Origin: Octopus bimaculoides
Taxonomy: Eukaryota
DNA length: 37,461 bases
Direction of reading: 5' to 3'
Assembly: GCF_001194135.2 (NCBI RefSeq)
Contig: NC_068981.1
Location: forward strand, 57,930,877 to 57,968,337
The notes beneath the pieces are model-generated. The model did not search any database and had not been told where the DNA came from. It was given only the letters and a program-made list of their open reading frames with translations. Shown one piece after another: positions 23,601 to 34,385 of the stretch (within the stretch, counting starts at the first letter, position 1; each line of letters begins with the position of its first letter). A program made the position numbers and the translations under genes.

Positions 23601-25941
23601 AGAAGATAGATTACTGAGTCTTAGTGTGTTACAGATAGTTTATCTTGAGAAATCCAGGTACATAAAATTACAAATCAATTCTAAAAACTGTCAGCATTAT
23701 GATGCCAATTATTTTTCAATTAAATATATCAGAGCAAGTAGAGAATATAATGTACTGGCTATAACAAGGTTTAGGTTTACACCATTGAATTATGATATGA
23801 ACACCTTTAAATCAATATTAAAAGTTATGGTTTACATACAATATAATTCATTTTCTACTTCAAGGTTCCTGGTAAAGCATAAAATCACACTTGTAAAGAA
23901 GTTACAAGTAGAGTGTATGCCTATAGTAGATAGCAATTGTTAAACTAATTCAGCATTAACTGAACATTTCATTTCTTTCTGGCAAAAAGTTCTGTTTCAA
24001 ACATACAGCAACATTTTCTAAATTTGCAAAGATCTATTTCAATATAATTAAAGCATTTCATTGAAATTAAAGCCAATTTTTACTGTTTCTTTTAGCTACA
24101 TACTACTATTATATTGTTAAAGAACTTGTCAAACTGGGATTAACACGAAATGTATCTATTAGAGGAGCACCATATGATTTTAGACGTTCTCCGAGTAAGT
24201 GTCATTTTTTCATCTGTTTTAAGTATCTATGTTAGAAATACTGGTGCATGATTAGCTTGTAAAATGTATACTAAGATACATGTTACTTTAACTGATGTGT
24301 GACCTTAGCTTATGCTACATTAAAAAGAAAGGAATTATCTACAAACTTGCAGAAGTAAATATTGCATAACTTTTTTGTCAACTCCCACTTTCAAAATCTA
24401 AAGAAGGCCTGTATCTGTATGTGTGAAGGTTTATAAGGTTGATAATATGGCTTTGGATGTTTTAATTAAACCTGTGATAGGCACATCTGCTTAAATAAGT
24501 CCCGATGAATAGGTTTTTAATTAAACCTATTCAATGGGACTCATTTAACTGGGAAATAAAACTGAGATAAGCTTCAATTTAATAAGTCTGGTTCAAAAGG
24601 GAAAGTTTTGAATAACTATTGACTTCTGTTTCTAATTTTGTTTTTTTTTAACTTCCAGATGAATTTCAAAACTATTTTAAGAACTTTAAATCACTGGTTG
24701 AAGAAACTTACAACAAAAGCAATGGATCTAGAGTTACACTGATTGCACACAGCATGGGTTGTCCAACTATGCTATACTTTCTCAATTCTCAGACACAGGC
24801 TTGGAAAGATAAATATATTAACTGTTTTATCACAATTTCTGGAGTTTGGGGTGGTGCTGCAAAAACCCTCCGAGTCATGGCGTCAGGTAAGAAATAGTAA
24901 TTGTCAACATCCTTGAATTTTTTTATAGTATGTTTTAAAAAATAACGAAGTATTTAGTAATTATATTGTCTAAGAACAGAAGAAATTTTGATTAAATTAT
25001 TTTTGTTATTATCACATTTTCTCTTATAGAAGATTATTGTAGCAAATATATCTTTCATTTTACTGGGTGACTTTAGATTGAGAACGATAATTGCTGCCTA
25101 ACATTTCTAGAATATTTGCTTGAAATGATCAAAACATTGCAAGGTTTGCCTATTGGCAACAGTTAATTTAACTTAGATCTACATACAACTCTCTGGCCAC
25201 GGTTGAATAGATAACATATTTACTTATCATCATTGTCATCTCTATTGACATGGATTGAATGATACAGAGCTATATTTCTCAGTGTCACTAGTAAAAACAA
25301 TGCAAAAGTTCATACTATTATCTAAATGATGAATGTTCTTTTCTACTTTATTAAAAAAAATTTTATTAAAATATTTTTGTTTTTATTCATATTCAGGAGA
25401 TAATCTTGGTATTTTCATATTGAAAGATAATATTGTTCGGAAATACCAACGTACTGCAACTTCAACAGCTTGGCTTATGCCATATGATACTTTCTGGAAA
25501 CCTGATGAAATCCTTGTTTCCCATCCTGGCCGCAATTATACTGTTAAAGATTACAAACAGTTTTTTGAAGATTTGAATTTTACAACTGGCTTTGAAATGC
25601 GTAAAGACACAGAAAATCTTGTGAAAGACCTCCATCCACCTGGAGTGGAAGTTCATTGTATACATGGAATCAATGTATCTACACCAGCTAGCTTTGTTTA
25701 TGGTAAAGGATTTCCTAATGTTCAACCAACGACAATAAATGGAGATGGAGATGGGACAGTAAATGTACAAAGTTTACATGGTTGTCTTCGATGGTCAAAA
25801 CAACAAAAACAGCCTGTTTACCATCATACTTTAGAAGGAGCAGACCATTTGAAAATATTGAAAAATCAGACATTAATTGATCTAATTTCCCAAATAGTAA
25901 CCAAAAAATCTAAAAGCCCTAAAATCAAATTGAAAAAGTAA
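12019..25941 (+). CDS. PLA2G15: Group XV (lysosomal) phospholipase A2 / LCAT-family acyltransferase, 6 coding exons, 411 aa: join(12019..12109,20114..20267,22588..22706,24096..24194,24659..24886,25397..25941)
   Basis: The spliced frame is open over 1236 nt (91+154+119+99+228+545). All 5 introns are GT..AG, with phases 1,2,1,1,1. Family motifs: PVILVPGDGGSQ, RGAPYDFRRSP, IAHSMG (Ser186), GDGDGTV (Asp349), GADHL (His381). From memory, the exon layout resembles vertebrate PLA2G15/LCAT; orthology versus LCAT needs a tree. Confidence 0.93.
12811..12874 (+). repeat. 25-bp tandem repeat, about 2.6 copies
   Basis: ttaaa(c/t)tacaagctaacgtgggaca units at 12811 and 12836, partial at 12861. Confidence 0.92.
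13471..13668 (-). mobile_element. tRNA-derived SINE with Meta/MESC-like central domain and 18-bp TSD
   Basis: Reverse-complement homolog of 27369-27582. TSD aatcc(g/a)tagaaatattgg at 13453-13470 and 13669-13686. Confidence 0.8.
13750..14178 (-). mobile_element. CR1/L2-like LINE C-terminal fragment
   Basis: Minus strand KLEYATEIWNP, then ..LNKLKLQSLELRQ (ORF 13897..14088). Confidence 0.6.
14186..14815 (+). mobile_element. tRNA-derived SINE whose head is split by about 270 bp of other sequence
   Basis: Head taggagtggctgtgtg at 14186. The SINE resumes at about 14473 (gtaacttgcttacgaaccacatggttccgggttcagtccc) and runs to the tail at 14815. Confidence 0.75.
16150..16480 (+). mobile_element. Highly decayed CR1/L2-like RT fragment
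   Basis: ..ILQRFFKNMIK..; DFNSIRPI and SRILEKI resemble the NYRPISL..SKILEK motif. Confidence 0.35.
16520..17040 (-). mobile_element. CR1-like LINE 3' end
   Basis: Minus strand reads ..YITFVRP.. and ..HFQKHFFTQ.. with frameshifts, resembling the end of CR1 ORF2, then a UTR. Confidence 0.5.
17740..18340 (+). mobile_element. Decayed pogo/Tigger-type transposase (CENP-B HTH and start of DDE_1)
   Basis: KFQQLEEDIKLW..VSTKVIMCK; FAECSFWCYLFLKRLVCMRMRT; LEEYEQIILKFYK; GNMDELALTSDGLSNKIVENKSAKTVTIKTHAFE, in mixed frames. Confidence 0.62.
20114..20267 (+). CDS. PLA2G15: PLA2G15-like exon 2
   Basis: Acceptor tttatag. (V)PGDGGSQINARLNKSATPVVYCEKKTNYYYTLWLDLTQITVAQDCFVDNM(R), with the two conserved lid-region Cys. 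Donor AG|GTAGTT. Confidence 0.93.
20395..20770 (+). mobile_element. Two decayed tRNA-SINE fragments in intron 2
   Basis: tttagtcccattgtgtagcactttgggcaagtgtcttc (about 20408) and aggaatggctgtgtggttaaaagcttgct...gggttcagtcc (about 20617). Confidence 0.6.
21765..21807 (-). ncRNA. Minimal type I hammerhead ribozyme
   Basis: Minus strand: UCCAGA-CUGAUGA-UGAG(AAAAAA)CUCA-GAAA-CAUGUC^UCUGGA. 6-bp stem I, 4-bp stem II, palindromic ACAUGU stem III, GUC cleavage triplet. Confidence 0.85.
22105..22147 (+). ncRNA. Minimal type I hammerhead ribozyme (sense to the host pre-mRNA)
   Basis: UCCAGA(22105-10)-CUGAUGA(22111-17)-UGA(ACAAAGAC)UCA-GAAA(22132-35)-CAUGUC^(cut after 22141)-UCUGGA(22142-47). Confidence 0.82.
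22588..22706 (+). CDS. PLA2G15: PLA2G15-like exon 3
   Basis: Acceptor tttgcag. LVYNNVTRKTLDSPGVSIDIPGFGSTPTVEYLDPGRERF. Donor A|GTGAGT. Confidence 0.93.
24096..24194 (+). CDS. PLA2G15: PLA2G15-like exon 4
   Basis: Acceptor ttttag. TYYYYIVKELVKLGLTRNVSIRGAPYDFRRSP. Donor A|GTAAGT. Confidence 0.93.
24491..24548. other. 58-nt near-perfect hairpin in intron 4
   Basis: 26-position stem with 23 Watson-Crick pairs, 1 G.U and 2 mismatches; 6-nt loop ttaatt. Confidence 0.8.
24659..24886 (+). CDS. PLA2G15: PLA2G15-like exon 5 (nucleophile elbow)
   Basis: Acceptor cttccag. Contains IAHSMGC (Ser codon 24751-24753), QAWKDKYI and WGGAAKTLRVMAS. Donor G|GTAAGA. Confidence 0.95.
25397..25941 (+). CDS. PLA2G15: PLA2G15-like exon 6 (catalytic Asp and His, stop)
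   Basis: Acceptor attcag. Matches ORF 25333..25941 from GDNLG onward. GDGDGTV at 25741-25761, His codon 25846-25848, TAA at 25939-25941. Confidence 0.95.
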
Positions 25942-26960
25942 AAAATGAATGCCTGAATAGACTTTATTAAAACATCCCTCTCAAAAGCACATTTTTTTCT
26001 TATTGTGGCTGTCGAAGCTTAAAAATGCTTGCAATTTATTTTTGTTTGTATTTTTCTGCTGTTTTTTTTATGGTGTGACATGTCTTTTATGGTACATTTA
26101 TCTGACTTGTATAATTGTTGAAAATTAATGAATTTGTATATTGGCATGTACTGAACTGTTTCTACTATTCCATTTTAAAGAGAAATTCAGTTTTTAGTGA
26201 GCTCCTTGTCACTTAGTTTGTTTTTCAAGCCAATATTCTCTTCAGTTACTTTTTTCTAAGTCAAGTTTTTGTCTTCATGTTCTGAGCTGAAAAGTTTTCT
26301 AAATTTAGATATTGAATTTAAGTTTCATTTCTTTTAGGTATTTATCTTGACTATTTGCAGTTCTGTTGAATCCTAATGACTTGCTGCATTATAAGCAATT
26401 TTTATGAATAGATTTTATGTCAATAGTTGGAAACTTTTTCATAATACCAAAACACATCAAGATTATATTGTTATATTTCTATTAAAATATAAGAAAATAA
26501 TTAATTTTGCTTCTATGCTTCAGGAAATTAAAAATTATAAACTGGGTAAGTTATTCTGGTAATCTGTAATTTTTTTATGAACAGTTGAACATGAAAATAA
26601 GATTTTGGTTATTGACTTTTTGCAGTTTTATGTGCATTTAAATAACATTGGTTTACAATTATTTTGTAAATGTGTTGCTTATCCAAACAATCATATCATT
26701 TATTAAGTGTAAAATGACCATATTTCATTAAAATGGAAGCTATAGAGACTCTTAATTTTAACTTGAACCTCCAGCTTAGATGGTTTCACAAAGAAATTAT
26801 GCTGAGCTGTTAGATGAAATGCGATGTATTTCCTGTAATTTTATTTTAAAATTTTTGATTTGACTTGCCAAGTTTGCTCCCTAATGTCACAAAAATAGTC
26901 TGAACTTTATTCATCAAGCTTTACTTTATACCTGTGGACCTTATTGGCTTTAAGATGATG

Positions 26961-27112
26961 GATAAGTTTGTTATAAAGGAACATTTCTAATGCAATAGAT
27001 GTCTGCTTCATTATTTTCAAATATAAAAATTCTTGATAAGTTTGTTATAAAAAAAACATTTCTAATACTATTGATGTCTGCTTCATTATTTTCAAATATA
27101 AAAATTCTTGAT
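26961..27112 (+). repeat. 74-75 bp tandem duplication downstream of the stop codon
   Basis: gataagtttgttataaa...caaatataaaaattctt at 26961 and 27035, with few mismatches. Confidence 0.92.
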
Positions 27113-27368
27113 GTTATGACATAAATTGTTAGCAAATTCATTTTACTGGATGTAATATTTTTCTTTGATTTAATTGCATTAAAGTAATAGTTGCTATGTG
27201 AGAAAATCAGTTATGGTTGATCTTTAGATATTTCAAATAAGTGAAGCTACCATGATTTACTGTTTTGCCTGAATTATTGACTGTAATAAAATCATGTGTA
27301 TACAATATTCCAGTCTTAATCTTAGTTCTTTTCAAAACTAGAACTAACATAATATTCAGATTAACACT

Positions 27369-27582
27369 AAGGTGTGAGCTGGCAGAAATGTTAGCACGCC
27401 AGGTGAAATGCTTAGTGGTATTTTGCCCATTGCTACGTTCTGAGTTCAAATTCTGCCAAGGTTGACTTTGCCTTTCATCCTTTCGGGGTCAATGAATTAA
27501 GCAACAGCTGCGTACTGGGATCAATCTAATTGACTGGCCCCCCTCCCCAAAACTTTTGGGCCTTGTGCCTAGAATAGAAAAG
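27369..27582 (+). mobile_element. tRNA-derived SINE with Meta/MESC-like domain
   Basis: Head gagctggcagaaatgttagc...gagttcaaattc; core gttgactttgcctttcatcctttcggggtc. Degenerate 18-bp TSD aatattcaga(t/c)taa(c/t)ac(t/c) at 27351-27368 and 27583-27600. Confidence 0.78.
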
Positions 27583-29789
27583 AATATTCAGACTAATACC
27601 GAATGCTATCATATTTGAATTCAGCTTTTCCATTCTGACTTGATCAAGTTTGACACATTTGGCTTTCTTGATTACAGTTTGTAGATATTATAAAGAAAGT
27701 GTTTACTGTATGAAATTAATGTCTCATCTTACTGTTCCATCCTGCTGCATATGGTTTCTCTTTAGGATGAATTATTGAAAAGAAAAAGCCTTCTTCATAT
27801 CAAATGCTCTCAATTCTGTGACATATAAGTTCTTAACAAACTGAGGGCTTCATCAGGCTTTTGATTTCTATTTGGTGTTACTTCACCTACATGAAATTAT
27901 TTAATGAAAAACTTGAAGTCATGATTTATCACTTCCCTTCCTACATAAACCAGAATTTTTACATGCATGGAAAGCAGTCATTTCATGAACCTATCAATGT
28001 ATATTTTCTATTACTGTTACAATTATAAATATTGCCCTCATTTGTCTTCTTATTTTTAAAGCACTCTTGACAATTATTAAACTTCTGTGTGTGTGTGTGT
28101 GTGTGTGCATGTAACATTCATTCTGTAGTTGGATATTTTCCTTAATGCTAAAGCAAGAAAAACATATTACTTAATATGAACTATATATGACTGATTTTCT
28201 TTAAGAAATGTAGTATCTTGTTGGACCCTTTTAATCTCTACTTTCTGAACTATGGTTATGGCATTTGTACTTGGATTTTTTGTGATTGTATCACTGGATT
28301 TTATTTAACCTCTACACCTTCAAATTTGGCTCAGTAATATTTGAGCTGAAAATTACCAGAAATTCTAGTCAAATTTTTTTCTCTAAAAAATTTTATTTTC
28401 TACTTTGTATTTCAAAATGTATCTTGAGGTGGTGGACCACCGCCACTACTTTCCATGCTAGCATGGGTTAGGTTTAATATTTTATTGAGGTAGTGTTTCA
28501 TAGTCAAATACCTTTCCTGTTGCTAAACCATACCTCCTTTTCAATTGAGGGATATAATTTCAAATGTCTTTGAATGGCAGTAACATCATTGCCTATAACC
28601 AAGCAATTTTTGGAGAATGTAAACACATATGTGTACAAACACACACTTATATTTTGTTTTTTCCTTGAATTACTCATAGTTGTATGATTTGATTCCTATT
28701 CACATTAGCTACTATAACCCTGGATCAAGTGAAGTCTTGTCTGTAGATTTGGCAGATGAAAACTGAAAAAACTTACTGTGTACTTGTTTGTCCTTTCTAG
28801 GTGTCCTGTGATAGTTGCAAATTAGTGTTATTGTCATACAAACTGTGTCATTTGTTTCCAGTCTTCTGTGCAATCTAAAGGTTGATGACAGGAAAGGCAT
28901 TTGGCTGTAGAAAGTCTGCCTTTATGAATTCCACTTGACCTAATCAAGCATGGTAAAATGGACATTAAAATGGTGGTAATATTTTCTTGAATTTTGGATC
29001 TTGAATCATAAATCATGGAACTATTAACTGGGTAATCCCACTCTGTCAGATAAAGAGCATATTAGATTTGTAGGTTTCTAAACTTTTTTGCTGAAGAAAG
29101 ATCTTCTCTAAAGTTGGAAGTAAGAACCATGTTTAAAATTTACAACACATTCATGATACAAATAAGAATCGTTTTGTGATATTCTTTGAGTTAAATTATG
29201 TGACATCAGTAGTTTTGAAGCAACTGTGTTGATTAGGGGAGTGCAATAATGTAGTAAATTCCTGATATCACTAAACTTCAATTTCACATATATGTATAAG
29301 TTTTATTTTAATTTATATTTGATGAAAAAAATTATTACAGTACAGATAATGTTGGAGTATTTATTTTTAAAATTTCCAAAGAAAAATATAATTTTTCATA
29401 TTTCCAGAGTCATTTGTATTTTTGAATCAAACTTTTAATTTAATGCTTTCTATGGTGTTGTTTATTACTGTACTTAACTGTTGTGAAGTGAATTTTTCTA
29501 ATTAAAAAATGATTTTTTATAAAAATTATTTTCTTGTTATTATAAGGAAGATGTACGAAATGATAGCACAGCAGATTAACTTGATGTACATAGTTATGTC
29601 CCTTTATATTCAACGTTCATGTTCTGCCAAGGTCAACTTCACCTTACATCTTTCAGATTTGATAACTTAAGTACCAGCCAAGTACTGTGTTGATATTCAT
29701 TCATATACAATACCTGGTTCTCTGCCTATGTTTGTAATTGTTGTAGGTGGAGTGGCAGATATTGCAGTGTGAGACAAATTGTATTGCAA

Positions 29790-32326
29790 ATTGTAGAGTT
29801 AACAGAGAGTGTGAAAAGTTCAAACTGGATTAGTTAATGCCTACATATTCAAGTGCCTGATATTTACTCAGTGACTAACTGTAGAAAAAGATGCTGAAGT
29901 AAGAACAAGAATTCTCGCTAAGCTGGAACAAAACCAAGTTGTAACCTTACAACAAGTGTGAAAAGAGTGTGAAAGAATTGTAAATCTAAGACATGAAAAT
30001 TGAACATAAAGATTGCTCCCAAGTGAAACAAGTGTGAAATAAGCAGAATAGAAATCAAGTGTGTACTAAAATACAGTACAAACAGGACAAAAATCAGGAA
30101 ACAAACCTGTGTTTTACATGTGGAGGTGGAGGTCTACACCTGAGGAAAAAACTGCTCCTTTATGAAAGTGGAATGTTTCATGGAAAGATTGGACACGTAA
30201 AAGCACATTGTAAAACCAAGATGACAAAACATTGGAACAAAGAAAATAGAGTAAACGAGATGTTGTTGAAAGAAAATGGTAATGTAACAAAGAGGAAATA
30301 TGAAAATTGAAAATATAAGAGTAAAAATGCAGTTAAACACTGGAAGTGATATTACCATTGTGAATGAAGAAACTTGGAAGTATATCAGAGAGCCAAAATT
30401 AAGTAAGTCTGCAAAAGTAGTACACGATGTTACAGGTAAAAGATTGTATTTTGTAGGTGAATTTGTGTGTAATATGACATTTCGTGACCGAATGAAAACA
30501 GCAAAAGTATGTCTGTTAAAAGATTCAGTAACTTTGTTCAGTACAGGGTGGGTGGAACTGTTGAGCAACTGCAATAAAAAAAATATCCTCACACGAAATA
30601 ATGTGACTATGCTACTAGCATTTTTGGGGATTAGTAAATTGCTACCAAACTTATATTTTCAATATACACAATGTAATGGTCCCGCTAAATGATTTGTTAA
30701 AGAAAAATGCAAAATGGTGCTGGACTGATAAGTGCCAGAAGGCATTTGACAAATTAAAAAACATTTCAACGTTGAACTATTGTTAAAGCATTTTGATCTG
30801 AAGCTGGATATTATCTTGGCTACAAATGCGAGTGATTATGGTGTAGGAGCACTGCTTCTGTATAAATATGACAATGGGAGTAAAAAGGTTATAGCCCATG
30901 CCTCACGATCGTTATTACCAGCAGAAAGGAACTATAGCCAAATAGAAAAGAAAACATTAGGAATTATATTTCGTATGTGTATTTGATGTGCAAGGTTTAA
31001 TAGTTGTAGGAATTATATTTGGTGCAAAAAAATTCCATAGATTTAATCATGGAAGAAGTTTCTGTCTACAAACGGATCATCACCCACTACTGTCAGTATA
31101 CGATTCTAAAAAAAGGAATACCACCACACAGAGCTAATGGACTACAGCGATGGGGCACTGCATTATTGAATTATGATTTCAAAATGGAATATTTACCATA
31201 AAAAAAAACTAGGGCATGCGGTTAGTCTGTCCAGACTGATACTGAAACACTGTGAGCCATTCAAAGATACGGTAATCGCAGCATTAAGATCAGAAGGTGA
31301 AATAAAAAATGTAATGTGGAATGTGGAACACAAATTACCAGTGATCCTAGAAGACATAAAATGAAATACAGAAAAGAACAAATTCATAACAGAAATGAAA
31401 AAATTACTGTGGACAAGAAAAGTAAACAGGAACAGGATTGGTGCAAAACAAAATCAAGACATGGACCTACACTCAATTTGTGATAGTCTACTGAAACACT
31501 GCAAAAGAAAATAATGTTGAGGGAATTCCATGTTGGACATCTTGGTATTTCGAGGATGAAAGCTTTAATGCATAGATATGTGTACTGGCCAAAAATGGAT
31601 AGAGAAATTGAAAATTTAGTGAAAGGCTGCAGAGAATGTGCTCTAACAGCAAAATTAAAGACGATAAAGAGTGAACCTTGGCCATAAGTAGATGTTCAGT
31701 GGTCAAGACTACACATTGATTTCATTGGTCCCTTAAATGGTTCATACTACTTAGTCGTGGTAGATAGTTTCTCTAAATGGCCAGGAATTTTTGTGTGTAA
31801 AAAGCCAAGCTCCTCAGTAACGACAAACTTTCTACCTGAGTTGTTTGTGAAATTTTGCGTTTCCAGACACTATAGTGTCTGATAATGGAATGCAATTTGT
31901 GTCTTTTGAGTTTAAAAAGTTCTGTAAAACGTTCACTGAAGAAAATGTAACTACTGCATCATACCATCTTGTCAATACGTTCAAGAGAGCTCTAAGAAAG
32001 TCAAATAAGGAAGTTATGGATGAGGTAGCTCTATAACAATTCCTAAGAGTATACTAAGTGCCACCAATTCCAAATACACCAGCAGGTATGTTACCAGCGG
32101 AGCTGGTGTTTGTGAAGAAAATAAAATCAGTCTTCGACAAATTGCTACTTGGTAAAAAAAAAAAAAAACGAAAAATTGCAATGATAGAGCAAGATTTTTC
32201 AAAATTGGTGAAAATGTATTTATTAGGGCATATATGAACAGAAAACAAAGTTTGGAAGACAGCGTGATTACCAAACGCATAGGAAAAATGCTATACTTGG
32301 TAAAAGGAAGAAAATGGGTATATAAG
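29790..32326 (+). mobile_element. Decayed Ty3/Gypsy (K02A2.6-like) retrotransposon interior: gag, zinc knuckle, protease, RT thumb, RNase H, integrase
   Basis: gag RILAKLEQ; CFTCG..GHVKAHC; protease LNTGSDITIV; RNase H LATNASDYGVGA..AERNYSQIEK; integrase GISRMKAL..YWPKM..GCREC, RLHIDFIGP, IVSDNG. Many stops and frameshifts; no LTRs recognised. Confidence 0.9.
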
Positions 32327-32376
32327 CACTAGCGTAGCTAGAGTGTGTACCACTTGGGGCGGCCCTTCCGTTTGCC
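32327..32376 (+). mobile_element. Possible hAT-type terminal sequence between the Gypsy and RTE elements
   Basis: cactagcgtagctagagtgtgtaccacttggggcggccc resembles CAGTGGCGTAGC-type hAT termini. Confidence 0.35.
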
Positions 32377-34027
32377 ATCGCTATACTTGTTGTCAACCCT
32401 CACCTTACTGACAGCATACTTGTACAGCTCTTACCAACCACTCGTCTATCCCCGGTTTCCACATTGACCACCAGATAAGGGATCGGGGGACTCTGTCAAA
32501 GGCTTTCTCCAAGTCAACAAAAGCCAAGTACAGAGGTTTATCTTTGGCTAGGTATTTCTCCTGCAGTTGTCTTACCAGAAATATAGCATCAGTGATGATT
32601 CTGTCTGGTATAAAACCAAACTGCATCTCATCTAGACTAACTCTCTCCTTGATTAGTTGGGCTTTGATCCTCTCTGTAACTTTCATCATCTGATCCAAGA
32701 ATCTGATACCCCTGTGGTTATTTCTATCTAAAGCATCACCTTTACCCTTGTAGCAGTTGACTATGGTGCTGCTACACCAGTCATTGGGTATGACTCCTTC
32801 ATGAACTACCTGATTTATGATGCAGGTGACAAGACCATAACCCACACCGCCAGCTATTTTAAGCATCTCAGCGGTGATTCCTGATGGGCCAGGTGCTTTC
32901 CCTGTCTTCATATCCTTAATTGCTTTATCTACCAGGGTATTGTCAATTTGGGTAGCTGGTCCCTCAATTGGGTCAACCTTTGGCAGACTCTCCTCCTCCC
33001 ATTCATTCTCCACATTCAACAGTCTTTCATAATGGCATCTCCAAGCCTCTTTCTTTGCAGAATCATTAAATGGAAAGGCACCATCATCCATATGGACACA
33101 TTTCTCTCCTATGACATCACGATTTTCACTCACATGCTGTCTTGCAATCTGAAATACTTCAATTCTTCAGTCCTCATGTTGCTGAACATTGGCAAACATC
33201 TTTTCTGCTACTCCCTTGGCTAAATATACCTGCCTCCTATCTTCCCTTTTGGCTATCTGATACATTCTCCTGCCACCCCCCACTCTTCCAGGCCTTCCGA
33301 GCCTGTTTCTTTACTCGAATGGCTCTGTCTACAGTTTTGTTCTACCACCATAGTACCCTAGGTCTGGACGGGACTTTGTACCAGCCACAGATTTGGTCTG
33401 TGGCACTCAGCAAGCTGTCTTGCTGGAATTCCCAGCTGCCTTCTATGTCACAGGACTGTAGCTCCTCCCTATCATCAAATTTCTCGGTAAGGACATCCCT
33501 AAATCACTAACCATGTGAAGAGTTCTTAAGCTTCCAAGTCCTTCTTTTCCAGATTGGTCTGCTTTCTGGCATCCTTCTGACCTCCAGGCTAAAGTCACTA
33601 ATAACTAGTCTATGCTGGGGTGGGGGTTACATTCTTCACCAGCGAGGGTCTTTGTATTTAAGAGCAACCATGCATCCCATTGTCTGGTGTAAATGAAATC
33701 AATCTGGCTAGCAGAGTCACCTGATTGATAGGTTATCAGGTGGCTAGCTGGTTTCCTGAAGTTGGTGTTGCAGATCAATAGGTTATTTGCATCGCAGAAC
33801 TCCAGGAGCCTAGTTCCCTCTTCATGTTTGATACCAACTCTATGGCTCCCATGTATACCATGGAAGATACCAGGTTGCTGTCTGACATGCCCATGAAAAT
33901 CTCCAGCCACAAAGATGAGATCATTGTCACTCATCTTTGAGGTAGCCTGCAGAAAAATATCATAAAAGTGATCCTCCTGTTCATTTGGTCAGCCCACTTG
34001 TGGGGCATAGGCAGAGATAATTGTAGC
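32377..34027 (-). mobile_element. RTE-clade LINE fragment (APE endonuclease C-terminal part, linker, RT N-terminal half)
   Basis: ORF 33605..33934 (VAGDFHGHV, SQIDFI) and ORF 32405..33133 (KAPGPSGI, MQFGF, AFVDLEKAFDRV). Broken mid-RT at about 32377; 5' part lost in the N-gap. Confidence 0.92.
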
Positions 34028-34385
34028 NNNNNNNNNNNNNNNNNNNNNNNNNNNNNNNNNNNNNNNNNNNNNNNNNNNNNNNNNNNNNNNNNNNNNNNNN
34101 NNNNNNNNNNNNNNNNNNNNNNNNNNNNNNNNNNNNNNNNNNNNNNNNNNNNNNNNNNNNNNNNNNNNNNNNNNNNNNNNNNNNNNNNNNNNNNNNNNNN
34201 NNNNNNNNNNNNNNNNNNNNNNNNNNNNNNNNNNNNNNNNNNNNNNNNNNNNNNNNNNNNNNNNNNNNNNNNNNNNNNNNNNNNNNNNNNNNNNNNNNNN
34301 NNNNNNNNNNNNNNNNNNNNNNNNNNNNNNNNNNNNNNNNNNNNNNNNNNNNNNNNNNNNNNNNNNNNNNNNNNNNNNNNNNNNN

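Noticed and set aside
23515-23943. 142-aa ORF in intron 3
   Set aside because: AT-rich, no recognisable domain, and it starts in a retroposon-tail remnant.
25333-25396. N-terminal part of ORF 25333..25941 (MFFSTLLKK...)
   Set aside because: This is the T-rich end of intron 5; the real exon starts after the AG at 25395-25396.
25924-25941. Possible dilysine ER-retrieval signal in ..KIKLKK*
   Set aside because: Position -3 is Leu, so it fits neither KKxx nor KxKxx, and the protein has no C-terminal membrane anchor.
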